64,000 nt of DNA from the human T2T-CHM13v2.0 reference genome, Homo sapiens, in assembly GCF_009914755.1 (NCBI RefSeq), contig NC_060931.1; one strand, written 5' to 3'. Each line of letters opens with the position of its first letter. Position 1 is the first letter of the stretch. The notes below the pieces were generated by a model. That model worked only from the letters and a program-made list of their open reading frames with translations. It did no database searches and was not told where the DNA came from. Of this stretch, positions 37,949 to 51,348 are shown one piece after another. A program made the translations under genes and the position numbers.

Positions 37949-38139
37949 CTATATGGTGCTGCTCCCCGCGTTCCTGCTGGAACCCAACATGTGACAGAAC
38001 AATGCTCTGTGGTCAGAAAACAACTGTCCTAAAAAGCAGCACACCAGTTTCGTTCTAACTTTCTCACAGCTACCTGAACATTGTCTATTCATTTGTTAAA
38101 AGAACAGATTGGACCAAATTATTTCTAAAATCCGAATCT

Positions 38140-38335
38140 CTGTCATTACTATGTGACCTTGGGTGTAATACCAACTTTTGTGTCACTTTTCCTCATCTGT
38201 TAAATTGTTAAGTGGGATAATAGTTGTTGACCTTATCTATCCATTCCTTTCTTCCTCCCTCCCTTTCTCCCTTCTTTACTTCCTAGAATCAAATTAGATA
38301 ATATACATGAGAGCACTTTAAAACTTAAAAATTTG
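38140..38335 (+). mobile_element. MIR
   Basis: ctatgtgaccttggg...cacttttcctcatctgttaaat. Confidence 0.6.
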
Positions 38336-38389
38336 GTGTGTAACCACAGGCGTAGTTACAGTATCTAAGGGGGTGTAGGTTTGCCGCTA

Positions 38390-38577
38390 TTGCATGCATA
38401 TTATGTGCCAAGCCCATTGCTATGTCTTTATGATACATTATCCTTCCCAGATTTACATAAGGTGGTTGTCATACACCTGCTACAGACAAGAAACCTGGAA
38501 TCCATGGGAGTAAAGGAACTTGTTTAAGGTCAAAAGACAAATAGAAGAATTTAGGGTTTGAACCCAGGTCTGCCTAA
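38390..38577 (-). mobile_element. MIR
   Basis: tatgtgccaagc...aacttgtttaaggtca...gggtttgaacccaggtctg. Confidence 0.65.
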
Positions 38578-41086
38578 TTATTTTCTGTGGTTTTAAGAGA
38601 AGCAGTTATGAAGCGAAGCAAAATGATCTATGTATGAGGTTGTTTTCCTGTTGTGTTCTGAGAAAAAGTAATGCTGACTCTTCTGTTTCCTTTAAAAAAA
38701 GACAAAAAGGGTCTGACTAGCTGCCTCTATGGTTTAGAACCAGGAGATAATTTTGAGAACAGTATTCCTTTTCCCTTATTATATTTGCATTATTACAATA
38801 TCTCATCACTAGAACCTGAAGTTTTAATAAGGCTCGTAAAGTAGGTGTTGAGGAGGGAGTGCCTCTATGGGAAATTTCAGAAAATCCATAGTTAAAAAAA
38901 AAAAAGAAAGATAATTTAAACAGGCCCTCTTCCAAACAAGAACTTCTATGGTTAACATCTTTTCTTTTTCTTTTTTTTTTTAATGAAGGAGGGATTTATT
39001 GCAAAATTTTAGAAATGTTATTCTCATTACTAAATAGCTATGGGTTTGCTTCTCAGAAGAAAGCCAGGAGATTCAGCTTGTAGTGTCAATTAGTTTCAGA
39101 AACTAGTGACCAGTTACTTTTATAATCATTTTCAAAAGGAGCAAGTAGCAGTGAGGACACAGCTGATAATAGCTAAATATTTCGTTTTCATTGTCCTATC
39201 AAGGTGACTAGGGAAGGACTGCATTCTTCCTGACAAATATCTGCTTTACAGGTTTAAGTTCCTTTGGGATCTTTGTTGCCAGAGTGTAAAAGGCCTGGGA
39301 TAGTTGTTTTATTTGATACTAATTCAGCCCGGCAAGCCGTAACCAGGAGTGTCACATCTAAATGCCTGGACACACTGCTCATCTTTTCTCTGTGATTGGT
39401 CTCAGATTATAGTACTGTGTCAAGGTTCATTCGATCCGAAGCATTTCAGCATCAGCTTTTACTTCTCCCTGGCTTCAATGAAAGAAATTTCTGTGATGTA
39501 AAGATTGAGGATTTCTTAGCCATTAATAATTTTATTTATATTACTCTTCAGATTCTTCTGGTGGATCCAGTGATAATTTTTCTTCTTAGTGGTGAAACTG
39601 CTAATTGCTAGTTGAGGATAAGATGGAGAGTTTTTATTTTTAATGTAAGTTTCTTGGGTTTTAAGGTATTTCTTGACAGTTTAAGTATTTTTTTGTATGG
39701 AAGCCCAACTACTACCCTGAAAAAATAAAAAAAATAAAAAATAAAAAACTAATCCATGTATCCTTTGTATAAATTTTAAAAATCGATTAAATTGCTTCTT
39801 AGTAAACATGGGAATGACCAATCATCTTTTTCATTCTAAAAGTGACTTTTCTCTACCAATGGAAATCTGATTGTAAGTTAAAAAATATTTGAGAGCATTT
39901 TTATTTAGAATACAATTTGCAAATTTAGCCTATACTAAGTGCGTAAGCTCTCCATACATTTCATTTAAATTTGCAGGAGTATTCCTTTTTACTAATTCTC
40001 CTTTATCATTTTCAGTTTGGTTGATAATATGAAGATGTTTATAGGAAATTTGACTATAAGCCAAATCTCTTGGAAATAATTATTGTCATCCATAAAGAAT
40101 TAAAAGGTTGAAATGTGAAGAAGACTGTAATAAAGACATATAAGGATTTCATGTAGGATAAAGGACAGAATTAAATTAAATATGGCAGTGAGGAGAAGTT
40201 AAACCACTGTGTTTTACTTCAAACATTTTTACTTAATCAGATTTCAGTTATTCATTGTCCTTCAAGATTAGGTTTTCTGTGGATAACCTGCAGCTGCTCA
40301 TTTGCCAAACTAAGCTGGAGCTACTGTTTGTTCACACCAGAGTTTGTTAATGGTTGTTGTAGTAGAGATGGTATTTGGTGTTGTTTTTGTTATCTTTGAT
40401 CCTTCTTTGATAAATGTACATGAGTTAGAGTTTGAAAGTTAACAATTTTGGTGGGTTGAGATTTTTTTTTTTAAATAGAAAGTTTTGACAAGCATAAAAG
40501 TTTCAAATTAATATTTTTTAGGATCATCTCAAAGTGTCAAAATGTGCAACAATCAGCTTTGTTGTCCTAAAAAAAGAAATCTGCAAACCGTGTGGTTAAT
40601 TAGGTACCTCTTATATTTTGCTTCAGTTTATTTTCAACTCTAAGTTAAAAAGATGTCCCATCAGTGACTGGTTTTATAAGAAAAAAGATACTATTTTAAT
40701 CTTCAAAAAACAACAGCTTGCGGGGGTCAATCTTTTAAAGTACATGCTTCACTGGTTGCAATTATTAATCAGTTTCCTTCAGGAAATATATGAAATTAAA
40801 TATTAAAGTACAGATCTAAACAAAGCCGCAGTCTCAGGGCTTCTGAGGGCATGATTTCCTTATTAGCTTGAAATAGCTGACCTTCCTCAATCCAGATGTA
40901 GAGTCTGCATGAATATGAAATCCCTCATTTTATCTGTGTACTTCATCATTTGGGCTTTATTTACATTTTGGCACTTTATTTCTTTTAATAGGCACTGTTT
41001 CTTAGATGTTAACTTTCCATAATGGCATTGTTAACTGCTAACCAGTTTTGTTTATTAAAAAGAAGCTTTCACAGTATGCTCAAGTT

Positions 41087-41790
41087 TGTTCATTCACTCA
41101 GACAACAATATTTATTTACCACCTGTTATGTACCAGGCAGTACCTAGTTACTTGGAATCAATGAACAAAAGAAGAACGCTTTCCTCATAAAGCTTGCATT
41201 TTTGTGGCAGATAGAAGATAATCATGAACTTATACATATATCACATTACATACTATGTTAAACGGTAAGTACTGTGACAAAAATGAAAAAGCAAATGTAG
41301 ATGTGAGTCATAGGGGCCAGAGTATATATGGTGGATGGGGAAGAGACTTGCAATGAAAACAAAACAACACAAAAGGATGGTCTGTTTGCCTTCCTATGAA
41401 GATGACATGTGGATAAAGATGTGAAGAAGGTGAGGAACTTGGCAGTGGGGATTCCTGAAAGAAGATCATTCCAGGCAGAGGACTGAGCTAGAGCAATGGT
41501 CCTAAAGTAAAAGCATTTCCTGGAGTGTTTAAGGACAAACTGAGCAGGGAGAATAGCTCCCTGGAGTATAAAGTAAGCAGAGGAGGAATAGCAAGAGAGG
41601 AAATCAGAAAGGGACAGGGGAGGCGTGGCCAGATGCAGATCCTGGAGGGCACAATTGGCTGATGTTCTTACACTGAGATAAATGGGAAGCTACTGCAAAG
41701 TTTTGGGCATAAGTGATGTCTTCTGACTTATTTGCAATCAGGATGCATTTTGAATGTAGAGTCAACAGAATTTTCTAATGGATTAGTATT
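41087..41790 (-). mobile_element. L2a fragment
   Basis: ttcattcactcagacaacaatatttatttaccacctgttatgtaccaggca...cattccaggcagagg...aatgggaagc.actg. Confidence 0.8.
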
Positions 41791-41884
41791 GAATTCAGAC
41801 AGACACAAAAGTACATGTGTTACCTACAGAAGCCATGGACACCTTGGCAAATAACATTCATAGCAAATAATAATAGTGATATTA

Positions 41885-42112
41885 ATGGTAAATAATGACA
41901 TCCATATTATTGCCATTGCCAGATACTCTCTATTTTACATGAGAGAGTAAACACTCAAAACATCCTGTAAAGGATTAGTTATTATTATTCTCATTTTACA
42001 AAAGAAGCTGCAAAGCACAGAAAAATCAGTTCCTTGTCCAAGATAACAGCGGAAAAGGGACAGAGTTGGATTTAAATCTTGGTGTTAGAGAATATGTGCT
42101 CATAATCTGTAC
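41885..42112 (-). mobile_element. MIR
   Basis: attattctcattttacaaaagaagctg..gcacaga...cttgtccaagataacagc. Confidence 0.7.
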
Positions 42113-42261
42113 TGTTCATATTTTGAAACAAAGATTATACCAGAGCTCCAAACAGGGAAAGGTAACAAATACCTCTTATTTAGAATCAATTTTCTTTTGC
42201 TTCTTTACAAGGAAAAAAATAACAGAGCTGGTAAGTGTTGACAGTGCTGAAGGTGAGTGAT

Positions 42262-42626
42262 TTTATTACTCCAGATAGGTTAGCTTATGCTGTGGGAACA
42301 ACCAGTCTGTCAACAGAGGTTTATTTCTCCCTAGTTGCAGCTCTGCTTCTTACTGCCTTCATTTTGGACCTCAGGCCACTGAAGCAGTCCTTGTCTTGGG
42401 ACATGTCTCTATCGTAATTGATGGGAGAGAGAACATGCCACACCGTACACTTCCTCTTTAATCTTCTATCTGTAGACAGAATGTGCCTCTGCCCACCTTT
42501 CATTGGCCAAAGCAAGTCATGTGACCATCCCTGAGTTCAGCAGAGCCTTGCTATATACATGTCCCACAGACAGGCCCCACAGAGAGGGAAATGAAATAAT
42601 TTCTGAGTAGATTCTGATCTACCACA
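42262..42626 (-). mobile_element. MLT1L-like LTR
   Basis: gataggttagcttatgctg...cattggccaaagcaagtcatgtgacc...tctaccaca. Confidence 0.75.
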
Positions 42627-42914
42627 GGGGCACTGCCTTATTTTTAATCATGCTTACATACTTTGCAGCTGCTAATCTGCTGACATTTTCCAAAGGTGGC
42701 AAGTACTATAAAGAAAAGATAAAACACAGTTAATGTATTTCTTGGACTGGAAGAATTCTTAGACTATCTAAACCAGTGCCTAGGCAGAGAACCCTTGTGA
42801 GGAAATTTGATTGATAAGTTTCCTGATTGAGGCCATGGAGTTGAGTGGGAGGGAGGCTTCTGTGGATTTTTCTCAACAAGTTGATTTTAAGATTCCATAA
42901 GACCCTTTCTTCAC

Positions 42915-43281
42915 ATTCACTCAATGTTCACTCACTGATTCACCCAGAGCAACTTCCGGTTCTGCAGGTTCCATTCATGGTAGATATTTTATACAGGTGT
43001 ACTTTGTCTTTTATGCTTTATTTTTACTGCATTTTTTATATTTAGAGACATAAATACTTACTATTCTACTACAACTCCTACAGTATTCTGTAGAGTAACA
43101 TGCTATATAGGTTTGTAGCCTAGGAGCAATAGGCTATACCATACAGCCTAGGTGTCTAGTAGGCTACAGACTCTATGTTTGTGTATGTACAGTACACTCC
43201 AGGAATGTTCACACAATGGCAAAATTACATAACAACACATTTCTCAGAACGTATCCCTGGTGTTAAGCAACATATAACCGT
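42915..43281. mobile_element. Tigger3 (MER7/Golem) DNA transposon relic
   Basis: ctcactgattcacccagagcaacttcc...ggtttgtagcctaggagcaataggctatacc...atttctcagaacgtatccc. Confidence 0.88.
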
Positions 43282-43284
43282 GTA

Positions 43285-43455
43285 TACCACCTTTTCTTTA
43301 TCTCTTCATGTGATGAGGACACTTAGGTTGATTGCATATCCTTGCCATTTTCAATAATGCTGCCACAAACATAGGAGTGCAGATACCTGTTGGACATACT
43401 GATTTTATTCTTTTTGGTTATCTACCCAGTAGTGGGATTGCTGATTCTTTGGTAT
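43285..43455 (-). mobile_element. L1M fragment
   Basis: gacacttaggttgattgcatatc...tacccagtagtgggattgctg. Confidence 0.8.
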
Positions 43456-45842
43456 TGTTTTAGATATAAGGTATAAGATCTGTGACAGAAATTTTCTTGA
43501 GATTTAGGATAATTTGATGATACTCTTATAAGTGTAATTTACTCTCTTTCTTCAAGTACTGTTTTGCTAGAGATTCTCCAGTGTGCAAGGCATTCACTCG
43601 AATTTCTCTTTAAACTCCATTCCTCGACACTGCTCCACTTCTCTTATAGATCTAGAAGTTGTATAAATCAAGTTGATCTGAAAATGAAAAAAAAATGCAG
43701 AATTCTCTCATAAACGGTTTCAAAATTTAATATTACAGCTGTTAGTTCAATGGGCAATGAGCAAAGTTTGCTTTTTTAAAAATCTGAATTCATTTTATTT
43801 ACTCTTTGCAAATAATTTACTTCAATACATTTAAAAACTCAAGTTTTGTTTTGTTTTTGATTTTAAAGACAAAAACATTCTCATAGTTTTCAGACCTAGA
43901 AAAACAAACTTTGTATTGTATTGTAATGATTTTCAGTTTTTTATAAAGAACTACCTGTTTTATTAAATTGTAGGCCCTTTATGTAACAAATCTCCTTTCT
44001 TTTCCTTTATTTGAAATGATAACTCTAGAACTTTCACACAAATAATCAAAACTGTGAATAGAAATTCGTCTTTTTGTTTAACTATGAACTTCTTTCTTAC
44101 CTGATAGGTTTCTTTTTCCAAAGAGGAACAGGACTGCTAAATTTAGTACTGTCAAATACTCCAGGATCAAAGCTCTCTGCTAAGTCCCCAGAATGGAATA
44201 GCTGCCACCAGCCTTTCAACTACAAGTCTTTATGAATCTGGACTTTTTGGACTGAAGTTAGTCTGTGAATTGAATTTCCTTTATAAAGTTTTACTTCGGA
44301 TTTGTGCCCTTAGCTTCATTTCCCCTCAGGGATCCTTTAACTTCACGAGAATATTCTCTGGAAAATGATACCTTTCAGTGACTTGTGCCTGAGTCCTCTC
44401 AGAATGTTCCTATTCATTGCCAATGCTCCAAGACTTCCTAGTGTAATTCATTATTAAATTCAGGATATAACTTATTTAATTTTTATAGGGATTATTTATA
44501 TCCTGGCATTTCCTCATCTTGTTGCTTTCCTCTGATCTAAGGCTAGATTTTTGAATATAGTATTGATTTACTTCATTTTTCTTCCATAAATAAGGTAGTA
44601 GAATACAATAATCTTCTCTCTTTGGTAGCTAGAGAACAGAGCCTGCCCCTAGGCCCTGCTGCTATTTCTTACTGGTATAAACTGGCACAATACAATCCAG
44701 AATAGCCAGTGTACATTCATCATATCACATTGGAAAGCAGGAAACTATAAGAAGTGATTCATATGCAAATCTGAAAAGCTCTTTTCCTACTCCTTAGAAA
44801 TGACTTAGCTTTAAATTGCTCCTCATTTATGAGAATAATAATGAACTTAATTGTTCTTCTGGAATATCTGTGCTGTTGTAAGGAGGAACCTTCCATACTT
44901 TTAGGACGCATCCAAGAGCTATCTCCACACTGGGAAGAAAGCGATCATCAGTGTGAACACTTAAATCCTTAGATATCTAATACCTTTATAACTTGAATGT
45001 ATAGACCCATGGATAGACCTGCCAGTAGACATAGACAAAATTAAAATGTTCATGTTAATGAAACTTGTTTGGCTTTTTCTGTAAAAATTTATTTTGTGTA
45101 TGGAGGAGAGTATTAAATTTGAGAAAATTTGCTGACAGATTTTTCCTACTCACTATTGAAGAATTAAGACAGTACCATTCAAATTACACAGCTTTGAAGT
45201 TTATCTGTTTCCATTATGAATTTTTAAAAAAGATTTGAAATTACATGAAAATTAAATATAGATAGTAATTATATATTCTATCGCATTTGGGGCTATTTAA
45301 TAAATCCAGAAATATAAGCAATTAAGATAGTTGATCCTACTGCTAGCTTATTTATATTTTAAAAAGTTGCTTTCATAATTACCGTATTTTTTGAAAGTGC
45401 AGATTGAAGGTAATTCAAAAGGTGGCCTACAATTCCCTATTCCAGTAGGTTTTTATCTTATTTTGTCTATGTTGAAAAGAAACCTATTTTTAACTTGGAA
45501 TTACATTATTATATTTTGATTAAATGTAATTTTTGGTACTTATTCACATGATTTTCATACTATTTTTAACTCTTAAAAAATTCTAATGCTTATGACAATT
45601 TTTACCTCATAGTAGATATTCAAGTCCGAAAGTTATGGATTTGTAACCACTCAGTTAAAACTTTTGTATTTTAAAGAAACATTTTACAATTCTTAGTCGG
45701 CTTACTTTTTTTGTACAATCTAGTTTGGTGCCTCCCACTCCCCCAACCCCCGAAAAAGTGGATTCGAACTAGGGTTAATTACGTTTTCTGTGATAATTTT
45801 AAGATATTTCTTAGTTGAATTACTTCAAGTACCTCCATATAG

Positions 45843-45896
45843 GTATCTCTCTCAGACTTGCTGTACATGGGTTTCATCTTTGAAGTTGCCAACCAG
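45843..45896 (+). other. Candidate small exon (acceptor 45842 or 45855; donor CAG|GTAAGC)
   Basis: Strong donor at 45897, modest acceptors. No known peptide match. Confidence 0.2.
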
Positions 45897-46324
45897 GTAA
45901 GCGTCTTAATATATACTTTGATCTTAATTAAGAGACTTGCTTTAACGATTTCCCGTTGATTTTCAGATAAAATTTAGACTGTTTAATGGGCAATTCAAGT
46001 CCTTCTTCATGTGGCTTTGCCTTTCCTTTCAGCCTCATAGCCTGTAGGGCATATTCTAAATTACTAAAGCACTTTTCTTGTCACAAACACACTTTGTCCT
46101 TTGACATTTCTGGATCATTGCGTTTCTTCTGCCTGAGTGTGCATCTTTCCCTTCACCCACGCTGCTAGATTTTAGTAATCTTTTAAGGTGTATATCTGAT
46201 ATTTTTTTCTGATGAGCTTCACCAATTGTCTTGTATTTAGGCCAAACCACTGGCTCTTTTCAGTGTTTACACTGTCGCTGGCCCTTCCTGGAAAAGGAGC
46301 TAGTCAAATCTCTGCTTTACAGTC

Positions 46325-46425
46325 TTCTCTCCATGAGAACTTGGGCTTCTTTAACAGAGATGTCTCTTGCCTCATGCCCAGCTCTTGGAATAATGCCAGG
46401 AACATATTAGGTACACAATACATGG
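46325..46425 (+). mobile_element. L2 3' end fragment
   Basis: ctccatgagaac...cccagctcttggaataatgccaggaacatattagg. Confidence 0.45.
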
Positions 46426-47415
46426 TTTTGTTTTTGCTATTTATTGATTTATTTTGTTGTTGTCATTTGATAAATAATCCACAACCAGTAAATTAAAATC
46501 CCTGAAGTATCTTAAACTATGGAATTTATGATTTGTGTAGATATTGCTTGTTTCTAGAAGAACAAACATTTTTGCAGGAATAAGTGAAATAGCTACCTTT
46601 TCCCCCACAAAATACTATTAAAAATATCAGCGTATTAAAAAGTTATTCACCAAGAACTTCCATCCATGCCACTTCTAATCAAGATACACTTGGAAATTTA
46701 GACTCCTTTCAGTCTCCTCTGTGTAAATACCAGGTGGCATAATGCTTATTACATACCATACAGAATCTTTTTAGATCAAAGAATCATTGTTCAGTTCTAT
46801 TTCTTGTCAGTTTAAATGTACCATAACAGTGGAAATATGCCTTTTCAATATGCTGCATGAGTTTATATCAAGGCTTGATAACTGAACTGTCAGAAACCCT
46901 AAATTCATCAGAGAGGGCATTATTTTTATATAGATAAAAAGATATGGTTCTTCATTCTATTACACGAATTGTCATCATAATATTACAGTTAAAGCTAATG
47001 AACCATTCTCTGGCATTTGAAAAGCCAGTTAACATGGTGTTTTCCTGACGAAGCTCAAGTTTATAAATGAATTAAATCTATTTGCGTGGGTGTTGTAATG
47101 ATTATGATATTACTCCTCGACGTTATAAAATAACTACTTTCTGCCCCCAATTAAGGCCAGCATGACCTACAAAAGGAAACAAGTCGTATTCATTTAATCA
47201 AAATAAGATATGTAGGGCTTTAGCGGGAAAATAATCCTATAAGGAAAATTAGTTGTCATAGCAAACATTCTTATTGAAATCTGAGTTGTATATTGGGCTT
47301 AAAACAGAATTTGCTGTCATTCAGTGCTAACCAAGCGTAGGCAGAGCCACACCCTTGATAAAGTTCTAGGATAAGTAAATTCATGTTCAATATCCTTTGC
47401 TTATCTCCCAGTCAA

Positions 47416-47500
47416 GAAACTATTAAAGATAATAGTTTAATTATTTTAATAGTTTAATAACTTTAACTATCTTTAATAGTTTGAAACTATTAAAGATAAT
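47416..47500. repeat. Nested direct and inverted repeat
   Basis: gaaactattaaagataat at 47416 and 47483. Palindrome with 15-bp arms at 47468-47498. Confidence 0.92.
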
Positions 47501-48364
47501 CAAAAATAACTCCCAGTGACTTTTTATCTGTATTCTATTTCTTTTATTTTGATATTCCATTGAATTTTAGATGAATTCTGGTTGTCATAAGAAGGGCTCT
47601 GTTGGATGGAGGAAAGGCATGGTTATACTATGAGCTAAGAACAATTGTCAATCCTTGCAAACGTCTTCTGCCAACTTTTAAAGAACTAATTTTGGATTTT
47701 CTTTGAATTAGGTGAATAAATTATTTAAAAACCTCAAATATGTTCACTTACTGGTACTTGCTATCTGCCTATTGTTACAGTTTTTAAAATATTTTTACTT
47801 ATATTTTTATAAAATAAAATATAAATACATAGGCACAAAATAGAAATATTAAATAATCTATAAAGTGAAAATAAATATATATGATATGTATTTATATATC
47901 ATTATAAAATATAAAAATACATTTGCATTCTATTAGTATCTCTAGTCCTAAACTTACCCTCTTTGAAATATTGAACTGAATGGTGATATTTAGTTTTAGC
48001 CAAAGCTCATTGATCCATTTGATTCAATTCAATAGCTAATTCTACTTTTCAAGAATCATGAAAAACTTTAAGCTCAATCCATTTTATCTAACTGAATGCT
48101 AAACTGACAGCATTAAAAAATCAGCTATCCTGAGTTTTTCAAATTTATGTATGTTAATTGTGTTCTTTAAAGCATTCACACAACTCACTAAATATTTTAT
48201 ATTTGCTCAGCTGTTCTGATATTGTATTGGAAGAATCTATAGCCCAGGTTTTTTCTCTCACCTAGAGAGATGTATGTCTTCAGTTCACACAATTTCCCTT
48301 AATGTTTCACCTGAAGTTGAAGTTGGAATGTTTTCAAATTGCAATTTGATGTTTGGTTTAGCAT

Positions 48365-48610
48365 TAGATACAGTGTTGAAGAAACTGCTGAAATTGAAAT
48401 CTGAAAAAATTGGGTTCAAATTCTGACTCAGCTATGTATCAGCTGTGTGATTTTAGATAGATCACGTATCTTGTATAAAAGTTAATTTTGTCCTTCTAAA
48501 GCTGAAAGTAATAATGCTGACTTAACTCCTTCTGAGGATTTTTTAGAAGGATCAGAGAAATATAGGATATAGATTTATTTTTGAATGCAAGTTATGATAT
48601 AGAGCTCAAG
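48365..48610 (+). mobile_element. MIR
   Basis: tgggttcaaattctgactc.gcta...cagctgtgtgatttt. Confidence 0.6.
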
Positions 48611-48911
48611 TATTTATCTTAGAATATTATAGTTGGTTCCTTCATTTACTGTGTGAAAAATACATCCAGAGAAGGCAAACTACTAGAAGTGTAGTGGGCT
48701 CAAGTTTTGACAACCAGAAAGAGTTTGTGGTGAGATTGTTAAAAATGTGATTCCCTCACTTCTTGAACAGATTTCTAAAATATTCCATTTAATCATTGAG
48801 TAGTATGTTGTTAGATGCTTTCCTAGATAGGACAGAATTTTTAAGTTTACTGATTTTGTAAATAATTGTCATTTCTCATTTCCCTCACCCCAAGAAAAAA
48901 AAAAAGAGTAT

Positions 48912-49025
48912 ATAGTGTTAAGGTAACAGTTTAAGGAGTCAGACAGACAAAAATTCATATTCAAGCCTGACATTTAGATTCTTGAACTCTCAGCTTATTT
49001 TTATTTGTAAGAATGGGAGTCAGTG
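48912..49025 (+). mobile_element. MIR fragment
   Basis: tagtgttaagg...ggagtcagacagac...ctcagcttatttttatttgtaagaatggg. Confidence 0.5.
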
Positions 49026-49094
49026 TATTATTTTATATTATCATTTTAAATGGCAAATATTCTGGGAACTTGCTGAATTGTTTCGTATTTCCAT

Positions 49095-49403
49095 AGGTTG
49101 GCACATGCTCTCCCTTCCTGGAATACTCTTTCCCAGTCTATCCACCCAGAAAGCCTCTGTGTGTCCCTTCAGCTTAATCTCAGAAGCTACATTGTCCTCA
49201 GCAATGCCTTCTGTGACGCATCAGCCAGCTTATATGTCCCTTTTTGTATGCTCATGTTGCATATGTAATGTGACCCCCACTAAAGCAATTAAATTATTGG
49301 TTCATAACTTTTTATTTGATTGTTCTTGTCCAATTAGACTGTATACTTTTAGAGGAGAGAGAATGATGCATAGAAGGTAGTATATGAATAATGAATGAAT
49401 GAA
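49095..49403 (+). mobile_element. L2 3' fragment
   Basis: cacatgctctcccttcctggaatactctttcc...attagactgta...gaataatgaatgaatgaa. Confidence 0.65.
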
Positions 49404-51029
49404 CACAGGAAACACTTAAGCCTAGAACATTTAAGGCAAACAAATGTTACTCTCTTTTCTGTATGTATATACGTGTGTATTTGTGTGTGTGTGTAATCTT
49501 AAATATTAAAATTTATATTTTAAAAGTAATTCTATATGCAATGGTTTAAAATTCATCTTCTGATTGTCACATGCCATGATTAATATTTTGAGGGCTGAAA
49601 AGATGACTTATACTAGCGGCAGAATCATGAAAAACCAAGTATGATATTGCTTTCTTTTAGGAAGTGCAGATTTTGATAAGAACATTTGAAATGTAAATTT
49701 TACACCAGGAATCACAAAGTTTATAGATTTTCCATGATTAAACTCACCCAAACTCAGGTGGAAGGTTTTTTTCCATGAAATATTTGGTGGGAGTTAGGAA
49801 TAAGCTGCAGAATTTCTTTAGTGGCCGCTGTATTTTCCCCAGTGACACCTACTGTATCAGATTTTAAGTGAATTAGTAACTAAATACAGTGAAAAGCCTT
49901 TTGTTAAGTGCATAAGATATTTGAGATAATCGGTATTATTACTACAACAAAACTACGTGTAAAGCAGGTTCACAAAAATGTGACTCTTTACTGGATTGCC
50001 TTGTCATATAAATCTTTAGGGATGATTTCGGCTTTCAACATAACTTTAAAATTCATTAAGTAATAATTCAAAAATGCCAACATCTCAAAAATCTGGCAAG
50101 AATAATTTACTTTCTTATTAGGACTCTTACCTTTTGAAAAAATATAGAATCTCATATACTGGAACTATTCTAAGGACTGAGAGGGTGATAAAATCTTAGT
50201 TGTAATATTACATTCTAAGTGGCAAATGGCTCATGTCTTCTACTTTAATCTATGCTGGAAATTTATATGCATGTTTCAGAGAAGAACTCATTTGTAACTG
50301 AAAATACAATAAAACTGAAATAAGTGGCCAGAAAATTTTAATAGTTATTTAAAGGCAGACAGATCTCTACTCATGCAAAATTTTTATATATGAAATGCTT
50401 AATATAAGTTTTCTTCAAAGTTAACTCTTTCTTATGAAAGGAATAAAATGATTCTAACATACATCATAGCCCAGGAAAGTAAAACAGTGTATTTTCTATG
50501 TACCATGGAATTTCCAAACTTGATATTATAGTTAAGGTGAGTTTGAAAATCCCACTGATAATATTTTGGTTATTGGCATACCAGCATAGAAGAAGTCTTT
50601 CATCCATATGTAATAACATATGTCAGGGAAATAGTAATGATTAATGAATACTTCTTGCCAGTATTTGGTTGAGGGAATCGTGGTACAGATAAATTAGATA
50701 GTGTGTCCTGTTTAAGGTCACAACTGGCCTTCATTTTAAATTCCATAACCCTAGCTTCTTTATTAGCTGACTATAGTTATTTGAAAAACATATTAAATAT
50801 AGTTTATTTCAATAAAATAAAATATACTCAAACATCTCTGGGTGACTGACAGAGAAACTTCAAATTTGCCTTTCTTTAAGTCATTCTTAAAACGTGTCAT
50901 CCTCAACTTATTTATGTCTGTGGCCCATTACTCTTTTTAAGAGATTTGATTCTTATTCCTCCTTGTTGAGTATAATGCAACTAGAGTTTACAAAGATCTT
51001 GAGTTAGACTACATAATGTTCTGCCTAAT

Positions 51030-51348
51030 GTGACTGGGGCAAATATGTCTGATGTCTGGGCAGGGGCAGGGAAACACTTCTGCCCTGTTTTTCAGCCTCT
51101 CTCTGCCTGCTGTGGCCAACTGAAAGACTCCTGTCTAGATAGTGGAACCACAAAGTCAAGGCACCTCAGATTACTGAGACACACTATTTAAAATAGCTGC
51201 CCTGGAGTTTTGCAGATACAGAATTTACTTTATGTCAATGAAAGATAGATATGTTATTAATACTAATTATGATACTCCTATGATATGACACTAGGCTTTG
51301 GAGTTTGTTTGTTACTACAGTATAACCTACGCTATCCTGACCTGTACA
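51030..51348 (+). mobile_element. Old MaLR LTR (MLT1I/J class)
   Basis: agctgccctggag...tttgtttgttactacagtataacctacgctatcctgac. Confidence 0.65.

Noticed and set aside
44090-44230. Minus-strand donors (CAG|GTAAGA at 44100; also about 33410 and about 57383) suggesting antisense exons
   Set aside because: No matching strong acceptors and no recognisable peptide. Isolated donors are common.
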